IMG/VR virus record: IMGVR_UViG_3300020160_002696
Coordinates: 22,851-86,850 of that record
Strand: one strand, 5' to 3'
From: a virus
DNA: 64,000 bases
Both the position numbers and the translations under genes were made by a program. Below the pieces are notes generated by a model that worked only from the letters and a program-made list of their open reading frames with translations, ran no database searches and was not told the DNA's origin. Position 1 is the stretch's first letter, and each line of letters opens with the position of its first letter. Below are positions 8,372 through 19,940 of the stretch, piece by piece.

Positions 8372-9853
8372 TTAATCAGTTGTTTTAGTATATTCTAAAA
8401 TTAAATAAAAATTTTCAACAAAATAAGAATAAATACCTTCAAATCTTAAAGAATTGCTAGTTGTACCTATAAAATTACCAGGATTACTTCCCAATTCAGT
8501 AGTTTGTGAATTTAATAATGCCACTGGTGATATAGAAGTTCTATCAGTTCCTGGGCCAATTGGTTGTAAGTTTACAATATCTGCTCTTAAATAAAATGCA
8601 ATAGATAAATTATGATTGATATTAACAGAGGTTTCTGATGAAGTGGCAGAAAATGAAATAACCTTTCTATAGATAGGTTTACCATCTATCCACATACCTC
8701 CTGTTAAAATCTCATTTGTTGAATATGATAGTGATGTAACTAAACCAGTATCTGTAGGACCTGTAGGACCAATTGGACCTTGTAAACCATCAGCACCTGT
8801 AGGACCAATTGGACCTTGTAAACCATCAGCACCTGTAGGACCAATTGGACCTTGTAAACCATCAGCACCTGTAGGACCTTGTATTTCTGTAAATGAACTA
8901 GTTGAACTAATTCCAGGTGTTCCACTTAAATTCATATACCAGTTACTATAAGTACCTGAACCTATAGAATTTTCAACAACTATTGAAATAAGTCCTGTTG
9001 AAAAGTCATAATAATCTACTTGTCCAGTAAAATAACCCCCTTCTGTCTCATAATCAAAGTCATATAAATTAGGTAAGTCACTATAAACAACAACATTTTG
9101 TGAACTTGAATAAGCTAAATATGGATTCACTTCTAAATCTACAACTTGTCCAATTTCAGGAACTGATAAAGTAGTAGAAGATGTGGTATAATATCTATCT
9201 GCTTGCCCTTTTTCACCACTTAAATTCATATACCAAAAACTAAATGTCTCTCCAGTTGTAATACTTGTTGAAAAATCAACAACTAGTGTCATTTGTCCAG
9301 TTGTTTTATTATAGGAATCTATTCTACTTATAAAATAGTCACCACCAACTTCATAGTTATCATCATATAAATTTGGAATATCATTATAAACAATAACACT
9401 TTGTGCAGGTGTATAGGCTAAACCGATTTGTGTTTCCAAATCTATTACTTCACCAACAATTGGTAATTGAAATGGTGTACTTGATGTTGCACTATATCTA
9501 TCTGCAGCACCTGTTGCACCAGTAGGACCTACAATAATAGAAACCTTACTAAAAATAGAGTCAACATAATTTTGTACATCTCTATCAATCAGATGTGGTA
9601 CATTTTTAATTAGTGTGTCTATTTGTATTTGTATTCTTGTTAAAGCAAGTTTTGCCTCATTTATAGTTGAGAAGTGTAATGATATTATTCTTTTGGATTT
9701 TAAGTTAATTTTAAGTATATTATTACTTATAGAAACATTTTGTATAGCAAATGGATCTATAGTATATTTAATATCATTAGTATCATCTAATATTTTTATA
9801 TTTTTATCAGATGATGTAATTGGTCTTAAAAATTTATTATAACTATAACTCAT
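8372..9853 (-). CDS. Collagen-like fibre protein, paralog of 6544..8298
   Basis: Shared N-terminus MSYSYNKFLRPI..SDKNIKI, GXY tract, C-terminal TGGMWIDGKPIYRKV fibre-tip motif. Confidence 0.8.
   Translation of the reverse strand: MSYSYNKFLRPITSSDKNIKILDDTNDIKYTIDPFAIQNVSISNNILKINLKSKRIISLHFSTINEAKLALTRIQIQIDTLIKNVPHLIDRDVQNYVDSIFSKVSIIVGPTGATGAADRYSATSSTPFQLPIVGEVIDLETQIGLAYTPAQSVIVYNDIPNLYDDNYEVGGDYFISRIDSYNKTTGQMTLVVDFSTSITTGETFSFWYMNLSGEKGQADRYYTTSSTTLSVPEIGQVVDLEVNPYLAYSSSQNVVVYSDLPNLYDFDYETEGGYFTGQVDYYDFSTGLISIVVENSIGSGTYSNWYMNLSGTPGISSTSSFTEIQGPTGADGLQGPIGPTGADGLQGPIGPTGADGLQGPIGPTGPTDTGLVTSLSYSTNEILTGGMWIDGKPIYRKVISFSATSSETSVNINHNLSIAFYLRADIVNLQPIGPGTDRTSISPVALLNSQTTELGSNPGNFIGTTSNSLRFEGIYSYFVENFYLILEYTKTTD
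8760..8867. repeat. Three 36-bp tandem repeats (collagen GADGLQGPIGPT)
   Basis: CCTGTAGGACCAATTGGACCTTGTAAACCATCAGCA x3. Confidence 0.95.
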
Positions 9854-9867
9854 TATTTATATTATTT

Positions 9868-10995
9868 TTATTCAACTATAATTTCAATATTAACACCATC
9901 CAATAAGTTATGTGCTATATCAGAGAAGTTAAATGTTACAGAATATGTACCAGGTGTTGTAATTAATGATAATTCTGTTGCAGTTGTGTCATGAATAATT
10001 AAGTTAGAAGGTTGCATTGACATAGTTCCTTCTCTGTTATCAACAATGTTATCAACTAATAAATTAATTAATTGTGGTTTATCTAAAACACTTGAAGTAC
10101 CATAAGTAACTAAGTTTATTGATGTAGAGAATGTTAATCCATCTGCAGTAGAGTAAGGACCATTAGTCAATCCATTAAATGCAATATAATCTCCATCACC
10201 ACCAACTTGATTATAGAATGTCAATACAGGATCTTGATTATCAGCAGGGTAACCATCAATAATGTTAGAATTTGGATTTTCAATAATAAAGTTTAGTAAT
10301 GAGTGTGCTTGATATGCATCATACTCTGTTAAAAATTGTAAGAATATTGTCCCATAACTTGCATCATCTATAATTAATATTGAACCGGTTTTTTCAATTG
10401 TTTCTATATTAGAAATCTCCATATAGATTAATGGTCTTGAAGGTGTTCCTTTATCCATAATCTTGATAGATTCTTCTTGTATATGAGTTTTAATATCTGT
10501 CCATTCTAAATTAGTGAATGATGTACTTGATTGATTAATTGAATCATTAAAGAAAGTATAACTATCATCAATAACACCAACCATTACTTCTAAAGTTACT
10601 GCATATTTTGTATTTGGATTTGTTAAGTATAATTGTTTAATTCTATTAGTAGAGTTACCTGTTAAACACATCATTTGTGCCATTGGATAAGTTTTTGTTA
10701 AATCATCATAAAAACTCCAAGTAATATAATTATCTTCTTCTATAACAGATGCACTATTATACATTGCCTTAATTGCTAAGAAAGTTGCATTATCTCCTAA
10801 ACCTAAGTGATTTAGTAAGTAATTTGTTTGACCTGCTTTAAGTAAAATTCTACTTTTAAGAAGTTGTTTGTAGGGCATTCTTAAATCTGATACTGTAAGT
10901 CTATCTACTATATTGGCACCATCAATTGCAATGAAATCACCACCATTTACTTTAATATATTGTGCACCACTACCAAATATTGTTCCACATCCCAT
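9868..10995 (-). CDS. Putative virion structural protein
   Basis: 375 aa, within the structural block, TAATATATA upstream. Confidence 0.6.
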   Translation of the reverse strand: MGCGTIFGSGAQYIKVNGGDFIAIDGANIVDRLTVSDLRMPYKQLLKSRILLKAGQTNYLLNHLGLGDNATFLAIKAMYNSASVIEEDNYITWSFYDDLTKTYPMAQMMCLTGNSTNRIKQLYLTNPNTKYAVTLEVMVGVIDDSYTFFNDSINQSSTSFTNLEWTDIKTHIQEESIKIMDKGTPSRPLIYMEISNIETIEKTGSILIIDDASYGTIFLQFLTEYDAYQAHSLLNFIIENPNSNIIDGYPADNQDPVLTFYNQVGGDGDYIAFNGLTNGPYSTADGLTFSTSINLVTYGTSSVLDKPQLINLLVDNIVDNREGTMSMQPSNLIIHDTTATELSLITTPGTYSVTFNFSDIAHNLLDGVNIEIIVE

Positions 10996-11043
10996 AATTA
11001 ATTATTAATTTTAATGTATATATTAAAAACTAAAAACTATTTA

Positions 11044-13665
11044 TTACAAATCAAGGACATTTACTGAATATCTTTCTTTAAGAACTGTTGAATCTGAAAC
11101 TCTTGTTAGTCTAATCTTTTTACCTTTATTCAAAGAGAAGTAAGGTATATTAGATAATAAAGAAGGTATTGTTGTACTATGTAATTTAATTGGATATACA
11201 TTTATACTTGTGGCATAATTTACTAAACTTAAATTTGAAGAAATATCAAATTCAACAAAGGAAGTATTTGCAATAACAGGATATTGTCCAGAATAATCAT
11301 AAACTGAAGCAGTACCAACAAATAGGTTATTTAGTGTTAATACATCTCCCACTTTTATAGAATTTGATACAATATTAGAATCCATATCAAAATAAACTCT
11401 AAGTTTATTTCCAGGCTCTAAAGTTATTTCTTTTGTAAAATCAATATTAAATTTGAAATCTTTCCATAGATAAGCAGAGTTAGGATTTTGTAAAGAAGTA
11501 TTGTAATAAACTGGTAAATCTATTCCACCAACAATAAGAACTTCTGTACTTTGATTGGTTGTATTTGAAATATTACTTCTCATATAAATATCTAACTTCT
11601 TATTTTGAGAAGAAAACTCTGATGCATCAATCATAAAATCAACTGATTGTCTATAATATAAATCCCTATCTAATACAAATGTTAAATTACTTGCAGTAAA
11701 TGAAAGTTGGACCTCATCATTATTAGTAAAATTGACTAAAAAATCTCTATTATTTGGTACTGCTAAATTAGCAGGTATAACACCTTGTGTATTATACATA
11801 TCAGTTGCATTATAAACATAAACTCTTTCATAAGATGTATTAACTGCACTTAATCTAATTGTTGGTGGTGTGCCAGTTACTGTACTAACCTCAATAGTAT
11901 CAGTAGATACAAGTTGATTTGTTGAATATAATCTTAATAAATTTTCAAGATTTTGAATTTTTGAATTTATTGTTGCTAAATCTGTTTGTGTATATACTAA
12001 TCCTTTTACTGCATTTAATTCATCTCTTATAGTTCCTTGCTCTGCAATTAGATTTAAGAAACTATCATTAGTTGAAGATAATCTACTCATTGATTGATTA
12101 AATAAGTTCATACTAAACATTGAATTGATTGCCTCAGGATTATAAGTATCAACTGGATTTTCATTAATTATATTAAAGTTTAAGTTTAAACTAAATGCAA
12201 ATGATGTACCATCTTGATTACCATTAGTTACAAACTTTTTATAACTTGGAAATCTCAATCCTCTTTCTTCTTCAATTACATTATTATCTGGATTGTCTAA
12301 GAAAGAAATTCCATACAAATTAGACTTTTGATTACCAGCAGAATCCTCAACTGTATAATACCATAAAATAGCATTAAACTCAAAATCAGATGGTGGTAAA
12401 TTATTAACTGAAAGTGCATTAAATTGGTCAAAGTTAGTTAAGTTTCTACCTAAAATATTCATCTTGACATAGTGAGCAGAGTTGAAATCCATTGTAATAC
12501 CATCAATAGTATTACCATTTACAATTGGTGTATTTGTATCACCAGAAACACCATAGTAAGCACCACTTCTTCTTATTGAATCTCCACCAGCTGTTTCATA
12601 AGTCCAATCTAATGTGTCAAATTGTCCTAAGTAAGAACCTGGATAGTTTAATGGAGAGTTAACAATTGGAGAACTGAATCCTTGATTCTCACCTGCACCC
12701 ATAATCTCTGCTTGATATTGAGATGGTATAATAGGAAATGATAAGTTTGGTTTATAATTTATATCATACATTGTTCTGAAAAGAATATCAGGTGTTTGAC
12801 CTGTATGATCTGGAATATGTGCATAAACTTCTGTATAAGAACGATTTGCTTCTTGTACATTAGATATACCATTTACTTCACCAATATATTGAACTAATCT
12901 ATTATAAACTAATTTAGCCTCACCACCATTATATTGATCAGTAAATTCAGTATTAAATGTAACTAATTGACCTAATGTTCCATCAGGTGCTATAATATTA
13001 TTGACCTTTACATTAATACCATCAGAAGAAGTTTTATAAATATTAACAATATCACCAACTCTAAAGTTTGTAGTTCCATTGAATTCTATTTGTAGTTGGT
13101 TATTATCATTATTTGATGTTTTAATGTCCCAAGCAGTTAATTCTCTTTCTTTCCATAAATATTCAGGAAAGTATTCAGGATCGTTAATATTAGCAGATTG
13201 AAATTCTGCAATTGAACTGAAATACTCATCATCTGGTATAGCTGGTTCAAAGTCAATAATATTTAATTTTTTAGCCCATTTGTAGAAAATCTTTTCTGTT
13301 GTAGTTTCTAATACATTATTATCATAGTAATAATTAGTATTATTTAATCTTGATTCTCTTATTACAACTTCTTGATTAGCAACATAATTTCTTAAAGACT
13401 CAATAATTTGATCTTTAAAATCTGTTGGTAATCCAGCAGTGACAGATTTCTTAAAAGCATTACCAAAGTCAAAGTAAACTGGTTTTGATGCAGTTCCTGA
13501 ACCTGTATTTAAGTTTTGTTTAGGTAAGTTAAGTAAAACATATTTAGAAAAATACATTTTGTAATTAGAGTTCTGATATGCTGCTGATATATCTTCTGCT
13601 GCACTTGGAAAGGCATAGAAGGATGTACCATTGGTTTTTACTGATTTATACAAGGGTGTTGACAT
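11044..13665 (-). CDS. Putative virion (baseplate/tail) protein
   Basis: 873 aa, N/T/S-rich with a central coiled coil, in the structural block. Confidence 0.6.
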   Translation of the reverse strand: MSTPLYKSVKTNGTSFYAFPSAAEDISAAYQNSNYKMYFSKYVLLNLPKQNLNTGSGTASKPVYFDFGNAFKKSVTAGLPTDFKDQIIESLRNYVANQEVVIRESRLNNTNYYYDNNVLETTTEKIFYKWAKKLNIIDFEPAIPDDEYFSSIAEFQSANINDPEYFPEYLWKERELTAWDIKTSNNDNNQLQIEFNGTTNFRVGDIVNIYKTSSDGINVKVNNIIAPDGTLGQLVTFNTEFTDQYNGGEAKLVYNRLVQYIGEVNGISNVQEANRSYTEVYAHIPDHTGQTPDILFRTMYDINYKPNLSFPIIPSQYQAEIMGAGENQGFSSPIVNSPLNYPGSYLGQFDTLDWTYETAGGDSIRRSGAYYGVSGDTNTPIVNGNTIDGITMDFNSAHYVKMNILGRNLTNFDQFNALSVNNLPPSDFEFNAILWYYTVEDSAGNQKSNLYGISFLDNPDNNVIEEERGLRFPSYKKFVTNGNQDGTSFAFSLNLNFNIINENPVDTYNPEAINSMFSMNLFNQSMSRLSSTNDSFLNLIAEQGTIRDELNAVKGLVYTQTDLATINSKIQNLENLLRLYSTNQLVSTDTIEVSTVTGTPPTIRLSAVNTSYERVYVYNATDMYNTQGVIPANLAVPNNRDFLVNFTNNDEVQLSFTASNLTFVLDRDLYYRQSVDFMIDASEFSSQNKKLDIYMRSNISNTTNQSTEVLIVGGIDLPVYYNTSLQNPNSAYLWKDFKFNIDFTKEITLEPGNKLRVYFDMDSNIVSNSIKVGDVLTLNNLFVGTASVYDYSGQYPVIANTSFVEFDISSNLSLVNYATSINVYPIKLHSTTIPSLLSNIPYFSLNKGKKIRLTRVSDSTVLKERYSVNVLDL

Positions 13666-13733
13666 AAAAAATACAATATAAGTTTTTCATATATATAAAA
13701 AAATGAAACCTCTTTAATATGAAAAAATCCTCA

Positions 13734-14141
13734 TTACTGAGGATTTGTTTGTAACATCTTAACTATTTCCATAAAGGCCTTTTCTGTACCTTTAATAGTA
13801 TATTCATATAAACCATATGCATTTACTTCTGTAGGTGCTTGGTCATAGAATTTAACACCATTGAGAACTTCATCTATATCATTTCGGTATTTAAGATAAA
13901 AATCATATATATCAGCATCATTTATAAATCCTTCAACTTTAACATCTTCTGGATTCTTTTCAAATGATTCAACAAAGGAAGCAAACTCTCCACCACTTTT
14001 AGTAATAGTATTATCAATCATCTTTTTTACTTCTTCTTTAAGTTCAGTAAACTTATTTGAATCTAATGATTTAACACCTGGTGTCTCATCAATATTGGCA
14101 TCATCTGCCTCATTTACAAATTGTGTATATCTTTTTATCAT
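13734..14141 (-). CDS. Hypothetical protein with N-terminal leader motif
   Basis: Starts MIKRYTQFVNEA; TAATATATA 4 nt upstream. Confidence 0.8.
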   Translation of the reverse strand: MIKRYTQFVNEADDANIDETPGVKSLDSNKFTELKEEVKKMIDNTITKSGGEFASFVESFEKNPEDVKVEGFINDADIYDFYLKYRNDIDEVLNGVKFYDQAPTEVNAYGLYEYTIKGTEKAFMEIVKMLQTNPQ

Positions 14142-14159
14142 AATCTATATATTAACTTT

Positions 14160-17100
14160 TTACATCCAATTTGCACCATCTTTAAATATTCCATTGTACC
14201 AAATACCACCTTCCCAAAGTCCAGTTTCATAAATACCATTTGTCCAAACACCTGATTTCCAGTTAGTGCTTCTAAATCTACTAACAACTCTTAATCCTGT
14301 TTCACTATCATTATCTATTGTATTGTAACCAGGTGAAATATTGATAAAAAGTTTAGTTATCTTATTAATTGAATCTACAAAACTAGGTTCTATAACCTTA
14401 TACTGACCTTCAATACTATTTGTAAGTCCAAAAGTATTTAAAATATTTATTTCATCATCAATATTAAAATCAAACTCTCCATTCAATGTAATATATCTAT
14501 CATCATCACTATTATAAGTAATTCCAATAACTTGAATATCCTCCAATATACCACCATACCAATTTCCAGATTGAAAATCCATATTATATGCGATACCACC
14601 ATACCAGTCACCAGTAAACCAAGCACCGGTTTTCCATATTGAATATTTATGAGATGTTGAAACTATGGGTAATCCATCATTGTTGGTAATCATTCTTGAA
14701 TAAAAACTTCCACTTAACCATTTACCAGCTCTCCAGTTTGCAGTTCTACTATTATATGCTTTAGTACCAAATCTTGCAAGTGAGTTTTTTTCCTCAAAAA
14801 TACCATCATACCAAATACCATTCTCAAAGTCTCCACCATTCCATTTACCTTTAAGCCAATATGCAGGATCATTATCACAATTAAATATTCCTCCATTCCA
14901 AGTACCATCATTCCAAATACCACCTGATAAAATACCATTATTCCATGTACCATCATTCCAAATTCCTCTATACCATTCACCATTATTCCAAGTACCACCA
15001 TACCATCTACCATCAACCCAAGTACCATTATTCCAAGTTCCATCATACCATCTACCACCAAACCAAGTTGATTGTATTGTATCTGATACACTATTATCTA
15101 CTTCAACTGATATTAAATTATCTGTTATTCTTTTAGAATTCCAAGTACCTTCATACCAGTCACCTGATTTCCAGGTACCTGATATCCAAGTTCCACCAAA
15201 CCATCTACCACATTCCCAATAACCCTTATACCAGACTAATCCATTTATATCAAGTCCCAATAAGGCACCTGAAACTTCTGCTTCTAACATCCAAGGATAT
15301 TGAAGTGATAGTGTTTCAATATTTAAACCATCAATTAATCTAAATCTATATTTGTTATAGTCAACATTTATTAGACTATAAACATCATTAGTTAATTTTA
15401 AGTTATCAATACTTAATTCAATTGCAATTTTACCTTTTTTATTTACACCAACATCAATTATATCAACAGGTTGATAATTAAAGAAAGGATCACTTTTAGT
15501 GTATTTCAAAAATCCTGTATCATTAACAATAGTGTTATTAATATATGGTATATCTATCCAAACCTTATATTCATCAACTACATTAACTATATGATAACCA
15601 AAGTATTGTTGATTTAAAAACTCAGAAGAGAATGTCCCACCATTAAATTCTAAAATAACACCATCACTATTTTTTAATTCATGTTTCTCACCACAAATTA
15701 TAAGTAGTTTATCATTATCTACATCAGTATCTGTTATTTTAATATTAAATTCTCTTGCAAGTTTTGTTATATTCATTGCCAATTCATTCTTATAATCAGT
15801 ATAAATAATTGCAGATAATTCTTTAATTGTATCTACATCAGATAATAAAATTTTAGTATATGAATCAGTTGATATTTTATAATTTGTAGTTCTATCATAG
15901 TTATAAAAGTTGTTATTTACATTATCTATAATCCTATTATTAAATCTTGGTCTATGTATATTGTTTAATTCTTGTAAATCCTCACTTATTTGTAATAATG
16001 TTCTTCTTGATAAAATATCAATAAATCTAGGTTGAATACCAATTGGAAATATTATACTTTTACCAAATTCAATATCATAAGTGTTATCTATACTATTGTA
16101 ATATTTTTTAGTTACTAATAATCTATCAGTACTATATGTAGTACCAACTGGAGGATTATAATAGTCATTATCAGAATACATTATTATATCTACAAATGTA
16201 TCTATAAATATACTTTCCCATTCCAATTCTAAATCTGTACCAAATTGTAATATATTACTTGGTTTTGTATTATTACTACTGAAATCAATACCATTAAAAT
16301 TAAAATAAGCCCCTGTTGAATTTGCACTAAGTGAAGCTTGCATAGGTATTGCCTTATAATGTGGCATTGCATAGTACTCTTTATCTACAGTAAATTTTGC
16401 TGTTGTTAAATTTGTAGTATCATTTAACCCTTCTAAGTAATCTAAAATATTATAAGTTGGTGTATATCCAAATTTTAAGAAACCATCTGTATAAATCATT
16501 TCTCTTTTAATAGTTATAGGAATATTTGCTTCATTAACTCCAGTTGCAATTACTTGTGTTGCTAAATTGTAATAAGATGTTATATTATTAAACTTAGCAT
16601 CTATTGTAATATTATTTGGATTATTATATGTTAATTGATAACCATGTGAAATTGGATGTATATTAAATCTTTCTTGTAACTGGTCTAAATTTTGAAACTT
16701 GTTTAAGTTGGTAATAGTAATAGGATCCTGAGTTTTTATTAATTCAGTAATTATATTATCATTAAAGTCCATATACATATAGAGATACTTACTTGTTCTA
16801 TTTATAGTTCTTAAAATTGGACTTAAATGTGTAAAATTGGTTATATTCTTAATTTTATTAACTACAAATTGACTATCCACAACAGAACTACTTAGGTTAA
16901 TTACATCACCAACACTAACAGGAAAACTAGTACTAACTCTAACTATCATTAAATAACCATAAAAGTAAATATCATATAATTCATTTGGTCCTGATATTGG
17001 TATTAGTCCTAAACCATTAAACCTACTTTGTGTACTATCTAATAGGGAAGGTGCTAATCTTGATATATTATCTAATGTATTAGTTATAGAGAATATACCT

Positions 17101-19937
17101 TTAGTTGATGCAATACTACTTTTACAAAAATCTGTTGATATTTCAACTTTGCTACTTTCATCTAAAGGCATATCAGAATAATACTCAAATGTCTTTTGTC
17201 TATCTTTCCAATATGTTAACCAATTGGTTTCTGATTGTGTCATAAAACTTGGTGCTGTTGCACCATAAACTAAAGGAGTAAATGATAAACAGTTTAAATC
17301 AATTTCATTTGGTTGTTTATAAACAAATTTTAAATCCCATCCAAAAAACTTTCCTACTAATAAGTTTCCAAGACCAATACCTTGAGTATTATTATTATTA
17401 TAATATGGTGAATTTGGTAAAAATATTCCTGCATTTACTTGGTCCCATTGTATGTATAATTCCCAATTACCTGTAAATCCACCATTAGAGTTTAATAGAG
17501 TTGATAAAATATTAGTATTTGCCTTAGGAATAAGTGTAAAAGTGTTACTCAGTTGTAATATTTTATCCATTTGATAAGTTTTATTACTATAAGGTGCAAA
17601 TGATTGTCTAAATTTAGTATAATCAAATGATGTGGTGAACTTCACATTTGAAAGTGTTGTACCTGTACCAGAACTAGCTCTTTTTAAATTTATTACTCTT
17701 CCATTAGGTGCTCTTAAATTAATTAATAAATTAGTTATACCAGCTGGATTTGTTAAATTTAGTTTAATCTCAATATCCATAGGATTTATATCAGAAATAT
17801 TATTAACATATATTCTGGATATTAAAAAACCTATAGTGTTTTGGTCAATATCTTGAAAAGTATTATTTGAATATGTAATATCATCTAAACTATTAACTAA
17901 ATTAAATGATGTTGAACTTGGTAATCTATAGTCACCTGTATCAGTAAAGAAATTTAATTTACTTGCAACATCATAATCAACAAATAACATTTTAGATTTT
18001 AATCTTGATTCAAAATTATCATCCAATAAATTAAAATTTAAAGGAGGACTACTATAAGTTGCAGATTGTAATAAAGAAGTATTTCCACATATAATTAATT
18101 CTTCTGAATTATAATCAAATATTTTGTTTACTGATAATCCATCATATAAAAATGCTTCTTCGCTACTAATTATAGTATTTGAGTATTGATTAAAAACACC
18201 ATTAGAAACACCTATATTAGTAAATTTATTTATATCAAGTCTTAATATACCATTATCTCCAGAAAAAAGAAAATAGTTTGAAGTTCCTTTTTGTTTTATA
18301 TTAGTTATATCACCATAAATTGAATTAAACTCTAAATAAATAAAATCAAAATTAGTTACAGAGTTTAAATCATTTGCAATTATCTTACCATCATTAGTAA
18401 CTAATAATAAAAATTCTTTGATTATTGTTGCACCAGAATCTCTTGATTGTTGTATATTTTCATTTGAACTTGATAAGTTCCAATAAACATTTGAATAAAT
18501 AATATCATTAATATTATCAACTAATAAATATTCTTCATAATCATCAATAAACTTTGATATTCTTCTTTTATATGCAGTCCATCCGGAAATATCTTCTTCT
18601 AATTCTATAAAAACTCCTGTATTACCTACAATATAAATTTTATCTTGAGATTGAAAAAGTACTTTATTATAATAATAAGATTCAAAATCATCCACAATTA
18701 TACTATCCCAGTTTAATCCACCATCATTAGTTATTAATATTGTATTTAAGTCACCAACCACAACACCTTTTAAATTATTGTAAAATGATATTGACTTTAA
18801 ATTCTTTGTTATATTAATATTAATTTTTTCTAATAAAAAATCATGTTTTCTAACTTTTAATAAAGTTCCATCATCTCCACATATCCAATAATACATTTCA
18901 GTTTGTGTAATTGCTCTTAAATTAACTTTATATTTATTAGGAATTATATTTGATGTGCCAGTTAGACCTGTAAATTGTTGTGTATTTAATATAACACCAA
19001 ATTCACCAACTGCAATAGTTCTCTGTGGAATACTATAAGTAATTGAATTAATTTTATAAGTTTGTGAATCATGTTTTAAAACATCATAATAGTTAATTTC
19101 AAATAGATTGTTATAATCTACTCTATTTCTTAATAACCAATTATGTTTTTCAATAAATTCAACAGGTTCATTCAAAGATGAAGTTGGGTAATATCCACTT
19201 AATAATCTACTTAAATGAAATTGTCTTTGTGTATTAATAGTACCTAACTTAACTGAAATACTATATCTTATACAATCTTCATATAATGATAAATCATCAG
19301 TTTTAGTCAAATAACCATTGTTAAACAGGTATATTCCATTTTCAGAATTATAATAGTTATATTCTATTGTTGTTCCATAATCTTGTACTAAAGTATAATT
19401 ACCCTTAAAGTATGTATTAGGATCAGTATCAAATGGTAATGTTTCAATTGATATTTGATCTTTAACTAAAAGTCTATGACCATTAAGTAATTTAACACCA
19501 TCAACAATAAGATTTGTATATCTTGTACTTAAATTTATTTGTTCAGTTGTAGCAACATCAACATATAAATAATTAATAGAATCCTTTATTAATCTATCAG
19601 GTGTAAATAAATTCTTTAATGTTAGTCCATACTCAGATAAATATTTTGTATAATAATTATTTGAAGTTATTGCATTGATTGGACTTGCATTTTGTGGAAT
19701 TGCAGTATAAGAATATTGAGAACCTGAACTATCTATGTACCAGTTTCTTGGCTCATATTCTCCTAAAATATCATAGATATTATCTACTGTATTAATTGGT
19801 AGATAAGTAGCACCACTAAGACACTTTGAATAGTATCTTGTAGAAACAAGTTCTTGTTTCAAGTAATCAAAATTACTTTTAGTTAATTGATCCTCTGTTA
19901 TAACCCATTTGTTATAATCTTTATTAAATATCCACAT
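14160..19937 (-). CDS. Large virion protein with BNR/YCF48-like propeller segment and C-terminal W-G pentapeptide repeats
   Basis: 1925 aa; VGDxGTILxTNDGGLNW-type repeats; many GxWxx repeats (GTWNN, GIWND) near the C-terminus. Confidence 0.7.
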   Translation of the reverse strand: MWIFNKDYNKWVITEDQLTKSNFDYLKQELVSTRYYSKCLSGATYLPINTVDNIYDILGEYEPRNWYIDSSGSQYSYTAIPQNASPINAITSNNYYTKYLSEYGLTLKNLFTPDRLIKDSINYLYVDVATTEQINLSTRYTNLIVDGVKLLNGHRLLVKDQISIETLPFDTDPNTYFKGNYTLVQDYGTTIEYNYYNSENGIYLFNNGYLTKTDDLSLYEDCIRYSISVKLGTINTQRQFHLSRLLSGYYPTSSLNEPVEFIEKHNWLLRNRVDYNNLFEINYYDVLKHDSQTYKINSITYSIPQRTIAVGEFGVILNTQQFTGLTGTSNIIPNKYKVNLRAITQTEMYYWICGDDGTLLKVRKHDFLLEKININITKNLKSISFYNNLKGVVVGDLNTILITNDGGLNWDSIIVDDFESYYYNKVLFQSQDKIYIVGNTGVFIELEEDISGWTAYKRRISKFIDDYEEYLLVDNINDIIYSNVYWNLSSSNENIQQSRDSGATIIKEFLLLVTNDGKIIANDLNSVTNFDFIYLEFNSIYGDITNIKQKGTSNYFLFSGDNGILRLDINKFTNIGVSNGVFNQYSNTIISSEEAFLYDGLSVNKIFDYNSEELIICGNTSLLQSATYSSPPLNFNLLDDNFESRLKSKMLFVDYDVASKLNFFTDTGDYRLPSSTSFNLVNSLDDITYSNNTFQDIDQNTIGFLISRIYVNNISDINPMDIEIKLNLTNPAGITNLLINLRAPNGRVINLKRASSGTGTTLSNVKFTTSFDYTKFRQSFAPYSNKTYQMDKILQLSNTFTLIPKANTNILSTLLNSNGGFTGNWELYIQWDQVNAGIFLPNSPYYNNNNTQGIGLGNLLVGKFFGWDLKFVYKQPNEIDLNCLSFTPLVYGATAPSFMTQSETNWLTYWKDRQKTFEYYSDMPLDESSKVEISTDFCKSSIASTKGIFSITNTLDNISRLAPSLLDSTQSRFNGLGLIPISGPNELYDIYFYGYLMIVRVSTSFPVSVGDVINLSSSVVDSQFVVNKIKNITNFTHLSPILRTINRTSKYLYMYMDFNDNIITELIKTQDPITITNLNKFQNLDQLQERFNIHPISHGYQLTYNNPNNITIDAKFNNITSYYNLATQVIATGVNEANIPITIKREMIYTDGFLKFGYTPTYNILDYLEGLNDTTNLTTAKFTVDKEYYAMPHYKAIPMQASLSANSTGAYFNFNGIDFSSNNTKPSNILQFGTDLELEWESIFIDTFVDIIMYSDNDYYNPPVGTTYSTDRLLVTKKYYNSIDNTYDIEFGKSIIFPIGIQPRFIDILSRRTLLQISEDLQELNNIHRPRFNNRIIDNVNNNFYNYDRTTNYKISTDSYTKILLSDVDTIKELSAIIYTDYKNELAMNITKLAREFNIKITDTDVDNDKLLIICGEKHELKNSDGVILEFNGGTFSSEFLNQQYFGYHIVNVVDEYKVWIDIPYINNTIVNDTGFLKYTKSDPFFNYQPVDIIDVGVNKKGKIAIELSIDNLKLTNDVYSLINVDYNKYRFRLIDGLNIETLSLQYPWMLEAEVSGALLGLDINGLVWYKGYWECGRWFGGTWISGTWKSGDWYEGTWNSKRITDNLISVEVDNSVSDTIQSTWFGGRWYDGTWNNGTWVDGRWYGGTWNNGEWYRGIWNDGTWNNGILSGGIWNDGTWNGGIFNCDNDPAYWLKGKWNGGDFENGIWYDGIFEEKNSLARFGTKAYNSRTANWRAGKWLSGSFYSRMITNNDGLPIVSTSHKYSIWKTGAWFTGDWYGGIAYNMDFQSGNWYGGILEDIQVIGITYNSDDDRYITLNGEFDFNIDDEINILNTFGLTNSIEGQYKVIEPSFVDSINKITKLFINISPGYNTIDNDSETGLRVVSRFRSTNWKSGVWTNGIYETGLWEGGIWYNGIFKDGANWM

Positions 19938-19940
19938 AAA

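Noticed and set aside
14714-15136. ORFs with MVLG / YHH repeats
   Set aside because: Off-frame and antisense readings of the W-G pentapeptide repeats.
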